A program made the translations under genes and the position numbers. This document shows positions 46,270-54,621 of a DNA stretch of 64,000 bases, in pieces. The stretch is from a virus (Duplodnaviria; Heunggongvirae; Uroviricota; Caudoviricetes). Numbering within the stretch: the first letter of the stretch is position 1; each line of letters begins with the position of its first letter. The notes below the pieces were generated by a model that did no database searches, was not told the origin of the DNA, and saw only the letters and a program-made list of their open reading frames with translations. The DNA lies in the IMG/VR virus record IMGVR_UViG_2529292913_000008. One strand, 5' to 3'.

Positions 46270-46425
46270 TTACCTTTCAGATTCGTAGGCTGTGAAGACA
46301 GTGACCTCCGTCTGGCCGGTTCGGATTCGTACCTCGCAGAGGTCTTTCCTCGTTACCAGTGCCGTCACAATGACGGTTAAACAGATGACGATCAGAGCGA
46401 TTAATATCGCTTTATGCTGCTTCAT
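46270..46425 (-). CDS. hok: Hok/Gef-family type I toxin
   Basis: 51 aa MKQHKAILIALIVICLTVIVTALVTRKDLCEVRIRTGQTEVTVFTAYESER; AGGAGA upstream. Confidence 0.85.
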   Translation of the reverse strand: MKQHKAILIALIVICLTVIVTALVTRKDLCEVRIRTGQTEVTVFTAYESER

Positions 46426-46606
46426 AGCCTGCTTCTCCTTGACCTTTTGGTCGGTAAGAGGCTAATCTACGTATGCTAAGCATAGATATGGCCTCAGATT
46501 AATGTTAAGCGTCTTGCAGGACGCGTAATGTTATCTGGGGCTTTCTTCTATCTGCTTTTCGGGTAATGCCTGAAGCAGATAGCCTCAAGCACCCGCAACG
46601 ATTGTA

Positions 46607-46852
46607 TCAATGTCTGGCTTTTTTTCTATAGAAATCACCTGGAAGGGTGAATATCCACATCAGAAGAAATGTTGCAGCAAACATGATCCCTAATGGCCAG
46701 ACCGCGCCAAAGAAAATCCATACTAAGATCTCCTCTGCTTGTTCTTTGCGGTCGATATCGACAAGCATTTTTCGGCTGATCATGTATACACAGAAGCCAA
46801 TACAAACATATCCTGCAAAAGCGATCGCTAACTGTAAAAAATCAGATTGCAT
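46607..46852 (-). CDS. small membrane protein (81 aa, two TM segments)
   Basis: start taken at MQSDFLQ with GAGG upstream; weak operator-like box 40 bp upstream. Confidence 0.45.
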   Translation of the reverse strand: MQSDFLQLAIAFAGYVCIGFCVYMISRKMLVDIDRKEQAEEILVWIFFGAVWPLGIMFAATFLLMWIFTLPGDFYRKKARH

Positions 46853-46902
46853 CTCCGACCTCAAACCGAAAACGCCAGGTGACTCCAGATTAGAGCAATC
46901 TA

Positions 46903-47172
46903 TCACCCTCTGAATCCTGCCGGTATACCCCATTGTTCGTTATCTTTATTTTTGGCTAAAACCGCATTAAGAGCTTCGTTTACCGTCATGCAATGCGGCA
47001 GATTATCGAAGTTTGATATCCCGCCAATATCAGGAGAACGCTTGTCCTTCAGGTAAGCATATTTCCGCGCTGCCGCCTCTACTTTCTGCTTGAACTCATG
47101 TTTTTGAGCGCGTTTTTTGGATAACCGCAGATTGTCAGCCTTTGCTTTTGCCTCAGCGATCCATGAAGTCAA
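46903..47172 (-). CDS. hypothetical basic protein (89 aa)
   Basis: ORF overlapping the stop of the upstream gene. Confidence 0.45.
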   Translation of the reverse strand: MTSWIAEAKAKADNLRLSKKRAQKHEFKQKVEAAARKYAYLKDKRSPDIGGISNFDNLPHCMTVNEALNAVLAKNKDNEQWGIPAGFRG

Positions 47173-47747
47173 TTTTTTGAGTCTGGTCGTTCCGGCACCG
47201 CCGGAAACTGATCTTTTTGTTTTTTAACTTGTGACTTCTTATTCTTTATTGCCACGTCATCCTGACAGGGGGAGGGGGTATCATTTTGACATGGGGGTGT
47301 GGATAAAAAATTAAATAAAGCCAATGTCTTAGCGAGAACAGCTTTAACCTTGGTTGCCGCTGAAGAGATCTTTAATTTGCTTTCAATCAGCGCATTTTTG
47401 GCTTGTTGTGCGAAGGCCAAAAAGGATGGTGTAAACCGGTACAGGTTAGCGCGACGTTCACGGTGATCGCCGATAACAATCTCTACAGACAGGATTCCTT
47501 TGTTTACAGCTTCACGGAATGCACGAACGACGGTTGATTGGCTATAACCAGTTTCTGCCGCGATCAGGCGGTGAGGCTTGTGAATGAAGTATTCACTGGT
47601 TGTTGCCGCGAGATTTGCACATTGCGACAAGATATGCCCGGCGCTACGGGATAGACCGGAGTGTGTTACAAAGCAGGCCAATTCATAGCCAGAAAAAGTA
47701 AAATCGCTCATCGTTATACAGCTCAGGAAAGTGACTTTAGCCAGCAT
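47169..47747 (-). CDS. winged-helix DNA-binding protein, possible RepL-like lytic replication protein
   Basis: 192 aa with HTH-like GYSQSTVVRAFREAVNKGIL; real start may be internal (MSDFTF); assignment by position after the KilA-N gene. Confidence 0.45.
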   Translation of the reverse strand: MLAKVTFLSCITMSDFTFSGYELACFVTHSGLSRSAGHILSQCANLAATTSEYFIHKPHRLIAAETGYSQSTVVRAFREAVNKGILSVEIVIGDHRERRANLYRFTPSFLAFAQQAKNALIESKLKISSAATKVKAVLAKTLALFNFLSTPPCQNDTPSPCQDDVAIKNKKSQVKKQKDQFPAVPERPDSKN

Positions 47748-47776
47748 TACAATGCTGGTGGTTCTTACTACGTCTG

Positions 47777-48577
47777 TTAGCGCGTCGCCGCGACAGGCAC
47801 CAGCACACCAGCATCAAGCAATCGCTTCATAAGCCACTGCTGACCTTTGCCGGTTATACGAGTCGTGAAAGAAATCCTGCTTCCATTGCTTGTATCGATC
47901 ACGGTTTCTTTAAGGGTGAAATACCCACGGGATATGTATTCTTGTTTGGGGACGTTCCTGCGTTCACCGGTTGCGATCAGAATTCCGTTATCACGCAACC
48001 AGGTGAAGAGATAGTTTTGGCCCAGGCCGAGCACTTTGGCATAGTTGCCGATTAGAACCCCGCTGGCGGTAGCAACGCGTTCGGCGAATTCGACTTTAGG
48101 TGCATCCATAAGCATTTTTTGCTCCAGCCGTTGCTTTTGCTCTGCCAGGTCGGCAGCCAAACGGAGAGCTTCAGGGAGACTCTGCGGAATAGCAGGTTGT
48201 AATCTTCCAGCTCGATAGTCGATAAATGTCTGGTTTACCTTCAGCCGAAACGCGGGAGAAATCCAGCCTGCGTACTCCACAGCGAGCAATTCATGGGCAA
48301 AAGTGCCGCCGCCACGGCCTTCGAACGAAACTATGCAATTCTGCATAGTTTCTTTTTCAAGCTCTTCGATGAGCTGTTTAGCTGACAGCGTTCTTAGCCA
48401 TTGAGCTGGCGCTTTATGGGCACCGAGTCCGCTCGCTCTGTGTAGAGCATTAAGGTTGTAACGGCCAGCGCGGTCGGTCGTAATTTCAACACCACAAATA
48501 ACGGGCAGAGTGGTTGAAGGATCGACATTTTGATGAAGGTTTGATATATTCATATCCGCATTGAATGTTTGTTGCAT
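47777..48577 (-). CDS. KilA-N domain / antirepressor C-terminal domain protein
   Basis: 266 aa; C-terminal 150 aa paralogous to the C-terminus of the next gene. Confidence 0.7.
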   Translation of the reverse strand: MQQTFNADMNISNLHQNVDPSTTLPVICGVEITTDRAGRYNLNALHRASGLGAHKAPAQWLRTLSAKQLIEELEKETMQNCIVSFEGRGGGTFAHELLAVEYAGWISPAFRLKVNQTFIDYRAGRLQPAIPQSLPEALRLAADLAEQKQRLEQKMLMDAPKVEFAERVATASGVLIGNYAKVLGLGQNYLFTWLRDNGILIATGERRNVPKQEYISRGYFTLKETVIDTSNGSRISFTTRITGKGQQWLMKRLLDAGVLVPVAATR

Positions 48578-48646
48578 TTTTTCTCCAAATTTGCATCAAC
48601 CTTCAATCACCAGCTCGAAATGGTGATTCTTTGCACTTAGAAAACG

Positions 48647-48663
48647 AAATTTATTAGAGCAAA
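48647..48663 (-). promoter_or_regulatory. operator-like box TTTGCTCTAATAAATTT (16/17)
   Basis: minus-strand reading, 70 bp upstream of the KilA-N gene start. Confidence 0.55.
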
Positions 48664-48740
48664 TTTTTCTGACTCGATCCAGATCGGGTTGGACGATCTG
48701 CTCAGAAACCTGCCAGTTTGCTGGCAGGTTTTTTCTTTTG

Positions 48741-49784
48741 TTAACCTATTGCTACTGGTTTTAACAAACCAGCATCAAGTAGCTTGCGAGTTAACCACTG
48801 CTGGCCTTTACCCGTTAATTGGGGCGTCAGCCGTATCTGGTAGCCATTTTCATCATCCAGCACCACTTCTTTCACCGTGAAATACCCGGCGTTGATGTAC
48901 TGTTGGCGCGGTACGTTTTTGCGCGCACCAAAAGCCATGAGAATGCCGTTCTGGCGCAACCATGAGAAAAGGGCGTTTTGCTTAAGTCCAACGACCTTTG
49001 CAAAGTTCCCGATCAGGATTCCATTAGCCGCTGATACCCGGTCGGCAAAATCGACTTTAGGGGCTGCGGCCACCAGCTGTTGTTCCAACTGCATTTTCTG
49101 TTCTGCCAACTCGGCAGCCAGGCGTAGAGCGTCTGGTAATGTTTGGGGGATCGATGGGGCAGGGGAGTTTGCCTGCTGCAATTCTTCCAGTTTGTCGATC
49201 AGCGAACGGCGGACTGCTTTTGACTCGCGCGCGGCGACTCGCAGGGCTTGTTTGTAGGTCATGGTTATGACAACCATAGGCGTACCGCCACCTGGCGGCA
49301 CGGTTGCACTTTTTGTGTAACCGTCCTCACCTTCTAATTCGTCGAGTATTTTTTTGATGAATTTGTTGTTCCGAACCTCTGGTTCCCCACATAACTTACG
49401 CGCTTCATTGACCATCTTTAACAGCGTCTGGCTGTCGATTGTGTCTCCAGTGTTGGAGATAACATTCACAGCTGGTGATGGCGTAGCTGAAGCAACAGAT
49501 GCTGGTTTTTTAACATTCAAATTATTACTGGTCATTCTATGTGCCTCCTTTCTCATTTCTGCTGCCACCGTTGCGTAACGTAGACGTCCTTGTTCAATCA
49601 AATAATCCCTGATCTCGGCTATCAGTAGCCTGTTGATCACAGCCTTATCTGTTCGGGTATAAAAACGTCTGGTTATCATGAAATAGTTGGCAATTGCGCC
49701 GGGGATCTCCCGTGTCGGCATACAGGCAGTATGCAGGGCGATCGCTTCGGCTATGTCATTACGGGTGACGAGAGGTTTTTTCAT
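48741..49784 (-). CDS. ant: antirepressor (Ant-like)
   Basis: 347 aa; C-terminal domain shared with the KilA-N gene; start overlaps icd-like stop. Confidence 0.7.
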   Translation of the reverse strand: MKKPLVTRNDIAEAIALHTACMPTREIPGAIANYFMITRRFYTRTDKAVINRLLIAEIRDYLIEQGRLRYATVAAEMRKEAHRMTSNNLNVKKPASVASATPSPAVNVISNTGDTIDSQTLLKMVNEARKLCGEPEVRNNKFIKKILDELEGEDGYTKSATVPPGGGTPMVVITMTYKQALRVAARESKAVRRSLIDKLEELQQANSPAPSIPQTLPDALRLAAELAEQKMQLEQQLVAAAPKVDFADRVSAANGILIGNFAKVVGLKQNALFSWLRQNGILMAFGARKNVPRQQYINAGYFTVKEVVLDDENGYQIRLTPQLTGKGQQWLTRKLLDAGLLKPVAIG

Positions 49785-50002
49785 AAAACCCCCTGAACGT
49801 CGGCAGAGAAGGGGAGGTTCCAGTAACTAAGTGAATTGCGCGAGTTAGTTGAAAAACGGGCAGTAAAAATGCAGGGGCCATCAGGCAATTGAGAGCGTGC
49901 TTCGTCTTCTGTTGCTGCGATGACGAAGTGATAGTGGTGTTTTTTGCAGGAATAGAAACGCCAGATGAATTCTTGGCGTGCGCAAGGATTGGCATTAACC
50001 AT
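49781..50002 (-). CDS. icd: Icd-like cell-division inhibitor
   Basis: 73 aa with QEFIWRF...HFVIAATEDEARSQL pattern recalled for Icd-like proteins; GAGG at 8 nt. Confidence 0.5.
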   Translation of the reverse strand: MVNANPCARQEFIWRFYSCKKHHYHFVIAATEDEARSQLPDGPCIFTARFSTNSRNSLSYWNLPFSADVQGVL

Positions 50003-50029
50003 AGTTACGGCCTCGTAAGTTGATAAACA

Positions 50030-50241
50030 ACCTGCGACCCGCTGCTAAACAGGTGGCAGGACGTGACGGGGTTAGCAGACTGGCACTTACGAAACCAGCA
50101 GGCCGAAGCCTCCCCATCACGCCCCACCATAATTCGGGCGTAACGTGGTTTACGGACACAAAAATACCGCAATATCGGAAATCTGCGGTTGTCCGCGTAA
50201 GTATTCAGGCTGCTAAACCCGGTCGCAGAATTTGCTACGAC
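50030..50241 (-). ncRNA. immI-like leader; candidate c4-like antisense regulatory RNA region
   Basis: minus-strand GGGUUUAGCAGC twice (plus 50209-50220 and 50039-50050) and a near-complementary GUCUGCUAACCCC (plus 50069-50081). Confidence 0.35.
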
Positions 50242-50247
50242 GGCGAA

Positions 50248-50276
50248 ACTATAAGCCTGAACGATTAAAAGGTCAA
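50248..50276 (-). promoter_or_regulatory. sigma70-type promoter for the immI-like operon (TTGACC-17-TATAGT)
   Basis: minus-strand -35 at plus 50271-50276 and -10 at 50248-50253. Confidence 0.55.
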
Positions 50277-50313
50277 TATGATGCAAAAAGATAGCATTCG
50301 CGACTTAAAAATA

Positions 50314-50330
50314 CAAATTTATTAGAGCAG
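50314..50330 (-). promoter_or_regulatory. operator-like box (15/17) upstream of the immI-like promoter
   Basis: minus-strand reading CTGCTCTAATAAATTTG. Confidence 0.5.
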
Positions 50331-50612
50331 ATTAGTGTCGTGCAATAGATATATTATTTGTGATGAAAAATAATGCAGATGGATATTGTAACTTTAAGAT
50401 GGATATCAATAGTCGATACATAAATTAAGTTAGCAATAAACTATTAACTTAAGAAATAATGCAGATGGTGAACTTGTCTCTGACTTTTCAGCTATACACA
50501 ATAAGTTAGGGATAGCTTATAAAAAGTTGATTAATTGATATAAGTCAATGGGAGTATTCTTGTTTACTTTCCGTTCTTGTGGTAACTTCTCGCCGGTTTT
50601 TGTTTTTCTGGG

Positions 50613-51134
50613 ATGATTCTTATGTCTAAAAAGTATACTTTATGCGCTCTTGTTGTATCTGCAATTCTTCTTTCTGGGTGTCAATCTAGCGGTGCTGATT
50701 ATGCTGCCGATGTTTATGATACCGCTCAATTGAATTCGAAGCAGGAAACAAAGACAGTCAATATTATCTCTGTGCTTCCAGCTAAAGTGAAAGTTGATAA
50801 TAAAGCTAATAAAGAAGCGGCACAGACATTTGGTGCGGTACTGGGAGCTGTTGCTGGGGGCGTTGCCGGTTATAATGTTAAAGGCACATCGACACTGGGT
50901 GCTGTAGCTGGCGGTACTGGTGGTGCGGCTCTTGGTGCAGCGGCTGGTTCTTTGGTTAGTGATAAAACAATTGTTGAAGGTGTTTCACTGACTTATAAAG
51001 AAGGAACTAAGGTGTTCACTTCAACTCAAGTTGGTAAAGCATGCCAGTTTACAACGGGGCTTGCTGTGCTTATTTCAACTAAAGATAATGAAACTCGAAT
51101 TCAGCCAAATGCTACTTGTCCAGAAAAGAAATAA
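50613..51134 (+). CDS. lipoprotein with Gly-zipper region
   Basis: lipobox LLSGC; GAVAGGxGG repeats; AT-rich gene. Confidence 0.6.
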   Translation: MILMSKKYTLCALVVSAILLSGCQSSGADYAADVYDTAQLNSKQETKTVNIISVLPAKVKVDNKANKEAAQTFGAVLGAVAGGVAGYNVKGTSTLGAVAGGTGGAALGAAAGSLVSDKTIVEGVSLTYKEGTKVFTSTQVGKACQFTTGLAVLISTKDNETRIQPNATCPEKK

Positions 51135-51137
51135 TTT

Positions 51138-51677
51138 ATGAATAAAATTATTTTATTTCTAATCTTTTCTACGTTTAGTGTAGGCACTGCCTTGGCTAAC
51201 TCGTTGCAAAGTCAAATTGCTGCTATTGCTCAAGCGGAAAATGAAGGGCGAGCTAAAGAGCAGCAAGCTGAGGATGCCAGAAAAGAACTTATTCGCCAAC
51301 AAGCACAAGCTGAACGTATTAGAAGAGAAAAAGCAGCATCTGCCGCTGCTGCACGCGAAAAACAGCGTGTTGCTGCAGAAAATGAACGTAGAGCGAAACG
51401 AGAAGCCGAGCTAGCAAATGACAAGAAGCGAGATCAAGCTTATGAGGATGAGCTTCGCAAGCTGCAACTCGAAAGCATGAAACTCGAACTGCAAGCAAAA
51501 GCGGCTCGTGTCCAGCGAGAAAACGATTTTATAGAGCAGGAGTTGAAGGAGAGAGCAGCTAAGACAGATGTAATTCAGTCTGAGGCTGATGCAAATAGAA
51601 ATATTTCTACAGGAAGTAAAGATTTACTGCAAAGCGAAGGAAAAGCTAGAGAGAAGAAAGCTAGCAGTTGGTGGTAG
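51138..51677 (+). CDS. secreted coiled-coil protein
   Basis: N-terminal signal peptide; E/R/K/A-rich heptad-like body. Confidence 0.6.
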   Translation: MNKIILFLIFSTFSVGTALANSLQSQIAAIAQAENEGRAKEQQAEDARKELIRQQAQAERIRREKAASAAAAREKQRVAAENERRAKREAELANDKKRDQAYEDELRKLQLESMKLELQAKAARVQRENDFIEQELKERAAKTDVIQSEADANRNISTGSKDLLQSEGKAREKKASSWW

Positions 51678-51733
51678 TAATCACTACGATTGCGAGCATA
51701 CTGTCACAAATGACAACTCGTAGAATCTGTTAA

Positions 51734-52324
<591 letters not shown>

Positions 52325-52334
52325 GAGGGCTGAT

Positions 52335-52946
52335 ATGGGGTTTAATGTTGCTTCAGTAAAGTCTTATGTATCTTCGGCATTAACGACGACATTATTTGGC
52401 TCCGGCGTTGGTGAACGGGAAGTTGGTAAGCTGACGTCAATCATCATGAACAAAATGCTGTTCGCGCAAGGATGGCAGTTCTCTGTCGAAGTTGATGGAC
52501 TGGAGGGGGCAGACTTCTTTGCCAAAGATATTACCTACCACGATTACAGCATCGAATATGAAACGATTAAAATCGGCGGAGGGAATATCCTTCAACCAAC
52601 GGAGCGTTCGCCTGGGCAGATAACAATGATGGTCAGGGATACCGTTGATGGCCTCGTTTTGGACTGGTTTAAGACGGCAAAAAGTCGGGTGATCAATCCG
52701 GACGGTACCGGGAATATACCGTCTAAATATTTGCTCAATGTGCGTATTTATCGGTTGCTGTCTTCCGGCTTAACCAAACTGGAAAATGAGATGACGGTAT
52801 TCCCGGTCACTACCGGCGATGTCACCTATGCGCGAGATCAGGTTACTGAATTTAAGTCATTCCCAATGACCTTCGCATTGCACAGCACGTTTAACCAATC
52901 CTCAAGTTCTTTGGCTTCCCTTCTGGGCTTTAGCTTTTCTCTTTGA
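52335..52946 (+). CDS. hypothetical phage tail protein (possibly tube)
   Basis: 203 aa ORF; position only. Confidence 0.45.
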   Translation: MGFNVASVKSYVSSALTTTLFGSGVGEREVGKLTSIIMNKMLFAQGWQFSVEVDGLEGADFFAKDITYHDYSIEYETIKIGGGNILQPTERSPGQITMMVRDTVDGLVLDWFKTAKSRVINPDGTGNIPSKYLLNVRIYRLLSSGLTKLENEMTVFPVTTGDVTYARDQVTEFKSFPMTFALHSTFNQSSSSLASLLGFSFSL

Positions 52947-52960
52947 ATTAAGGAGCAAGG

Positions 52961-53842
52961 ATGCTTTTACCTCTTTTCCCGCTACCATCGCGGCCAACTG
53001 AATTGATCCAGTTCCGTCAGCCAAATATTGCTGATGCGATGCGTTTCAACTCGATAACACCGGAGGAACAAGAACAACAGACAACGGCGTATTTAAAAGC
53101 CTTGCTGGCTGAACCCGCGAAACATGATCCCCTGACATGGACGGCGCAGGACCGGATTACCGCGTTATGGTGGATATTTACCGGCTCCCGTGAAACACCG
53201 GTCGAGACATTCACCTACACCTGTAAACATTGCGGTAAAGAGCATTATTACGATTGCGATATGAATGCTCTGGCTGAAGATATCCAGGTCCTGGAAGTGG
53301 AACCTTTCATTGACGATATTGAGGTGTCTGTAGAGGGAGTACCTTATCAATGGCGTATCGTGCCGCTTGATGGTTGGGCAATGGAAATGCTGGAGATGCG
53401 CCGTGCAGCATTGCCACCTGAAGACGACGCGGAATTCAAAGAAGCGATCGTTGATTTGCGTTTTTGGGAATTCGCTTATCAGTGTGAGCTTTATAACGAT
53501 GTTAGCGGTACTCGTGAAGATCAGGCTGAGCGTCGTTATGAAACGATTAAACGGATGGCCATTGATACTGAATTTATGAAGCTGGCGGCACACATCCGAC
53601 TGGCTCATGAAAAGCTCGAACATGGTTTACCGTGCTACATCGATAAAGGTGAAATGCGTCTTCGTCTCCCGCCGCATAAATGCCCAAATCAGGATAAAAA
53701 GGAGTCCACAGAGGGTGCATATACCCGTCTGTGGGTGCCCTTTCGGGCTACCGACTTCATTCCACAGGTGGGGATTGAAAAGCTATCAGACCTTAGTGTC
53801 CAACCTGGTTTTGTATGGGGGTATACCGATTCAGGACGCTGA
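52961..53842 (+). CDS. hypothetical phage tail protein
   Basis: 293 aa ORF. Confidence 0.5.
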   Translation: MLLPLFPLPSRPTELIQFRQPNIADAMRFNSITPEEQEQQTTAYLKALLAEPAKHDPLTWTAQDRITALWWIFTGSRETPVETFTYTCKHCGKEHYYDCDMNALAEDIQVLEVEPFIDDIEVSVEGVPYQWRIVPLDGWAMEMLEMRRAALPPEDDAEFKEAIVDLRFWEFAYQCELYNDVSGTREDQAERRYETIKRMAIDTEFMKLAAHIRLAHEKLEHGLPCYIDKGEMRLRLPPHKCPNQDKKESTEGAYTRLWVPFRATDFIPQVGIEKLSDLSVQPGFVWGYTDSGR

Positions 53843-53923
53843 AAGGCTTACTGAATCCTATGCGTTTTTCCTGTTGGAGAAACTGGAAGAAAAACTTAAA
53901 CCGAAACGGTAGGCGATAAGATC

Positions 53924-54583
53924 ATGGAAAGAAAAAACGCCAATATTGACGATGTTATAAGGACAGTTGAAACCGCCAGCGCGAAAGAGCTGGAAGAGCT
54001 TGCAGGTATTCGGGAAGCTGTTGAAGATTTGAAAGGGGAACGAGTTGCAACTGTTGATCCTGTCTCTCGCAGTGTGTCGGCATTAAATCGCACAATCGAA
54101 AATTCACGTCCTGACTTTGTGACCAATGCGCCATCAGTGGACCCTATTGTTGACGCAATAAAACGGCTTAATTTAGGGGACGTTTCTCGTATACGGGAGG
54201 ACAAAGTCACTAACCGTGCACAGCAGGCTGCACCAACAGCGCACAATCCCCCAAATAGACGAAGAGAGGCAATAACAGAGGATGTTAAAGCACAGCGGTT
54301 AGAAACGGTCAAACTCGCTCGTGATTTGAAAGGGGAACGCGTTGCAACGGTTGACCCAGTATCTCGCAGTGTGTCGGCATTAAATCGAACAATCGAAAAT
54401 TCCCGGCCAGACTTTGTGGCCAATGCGCCATCAGTAGACCCTATTGTTGACGCAATGAAACGGCTTAATTTAGGGGACGTTTCTCGTGTAGTTCAGGAGG
54501 GCATTGCTCAACAGGAACAGCAGGCCAAATCAACTACACCAAAGGGTAAAAACGACGCAGGAAGGCTATACCAGAGGATATAA
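53924..54583 (+). CDS. N-terminal segment of tape-measure protein (or chaperone) with an internal ~55 aa duplication
   Basis: direct repeats of about 160 bp at 54027-54190 and 54325-54488; downstream ORF frame is open from 54550, overlapping this stop. Confidence 0.5.
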   Translation: MERKNANIDDVIRTVETASAKELEELAGIREAVEDLKGERVATVDPVSRSVSALNRTIENSRPDFVTNAPSVDPIVDAIKRLNLGDVSRIREDKVTNRAQQAAPTAHNPPNRRREAITEDVKAQRLETVKLARDLKGERVATVDPVSRSVSALNRTIENSRPDFVANAPSVDPIVDAMKRLNLGDVSRVVQEGIAQQEQQAKSTTPKGKNDAGRLYQRI

Positions 54584-54621
54584 AGGCACAACGGACCGAA
54601 GCAGCCGAACACGCTCGCGAA

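Noticed and set aside
50005-50286. 93 aa minus-strand ORF in the immI-like leader
   Set aside because: The region has promoter, repeated motifs and complementary segments typical of a regulatory leader, and the ORF lacks a ribosome-binding site.
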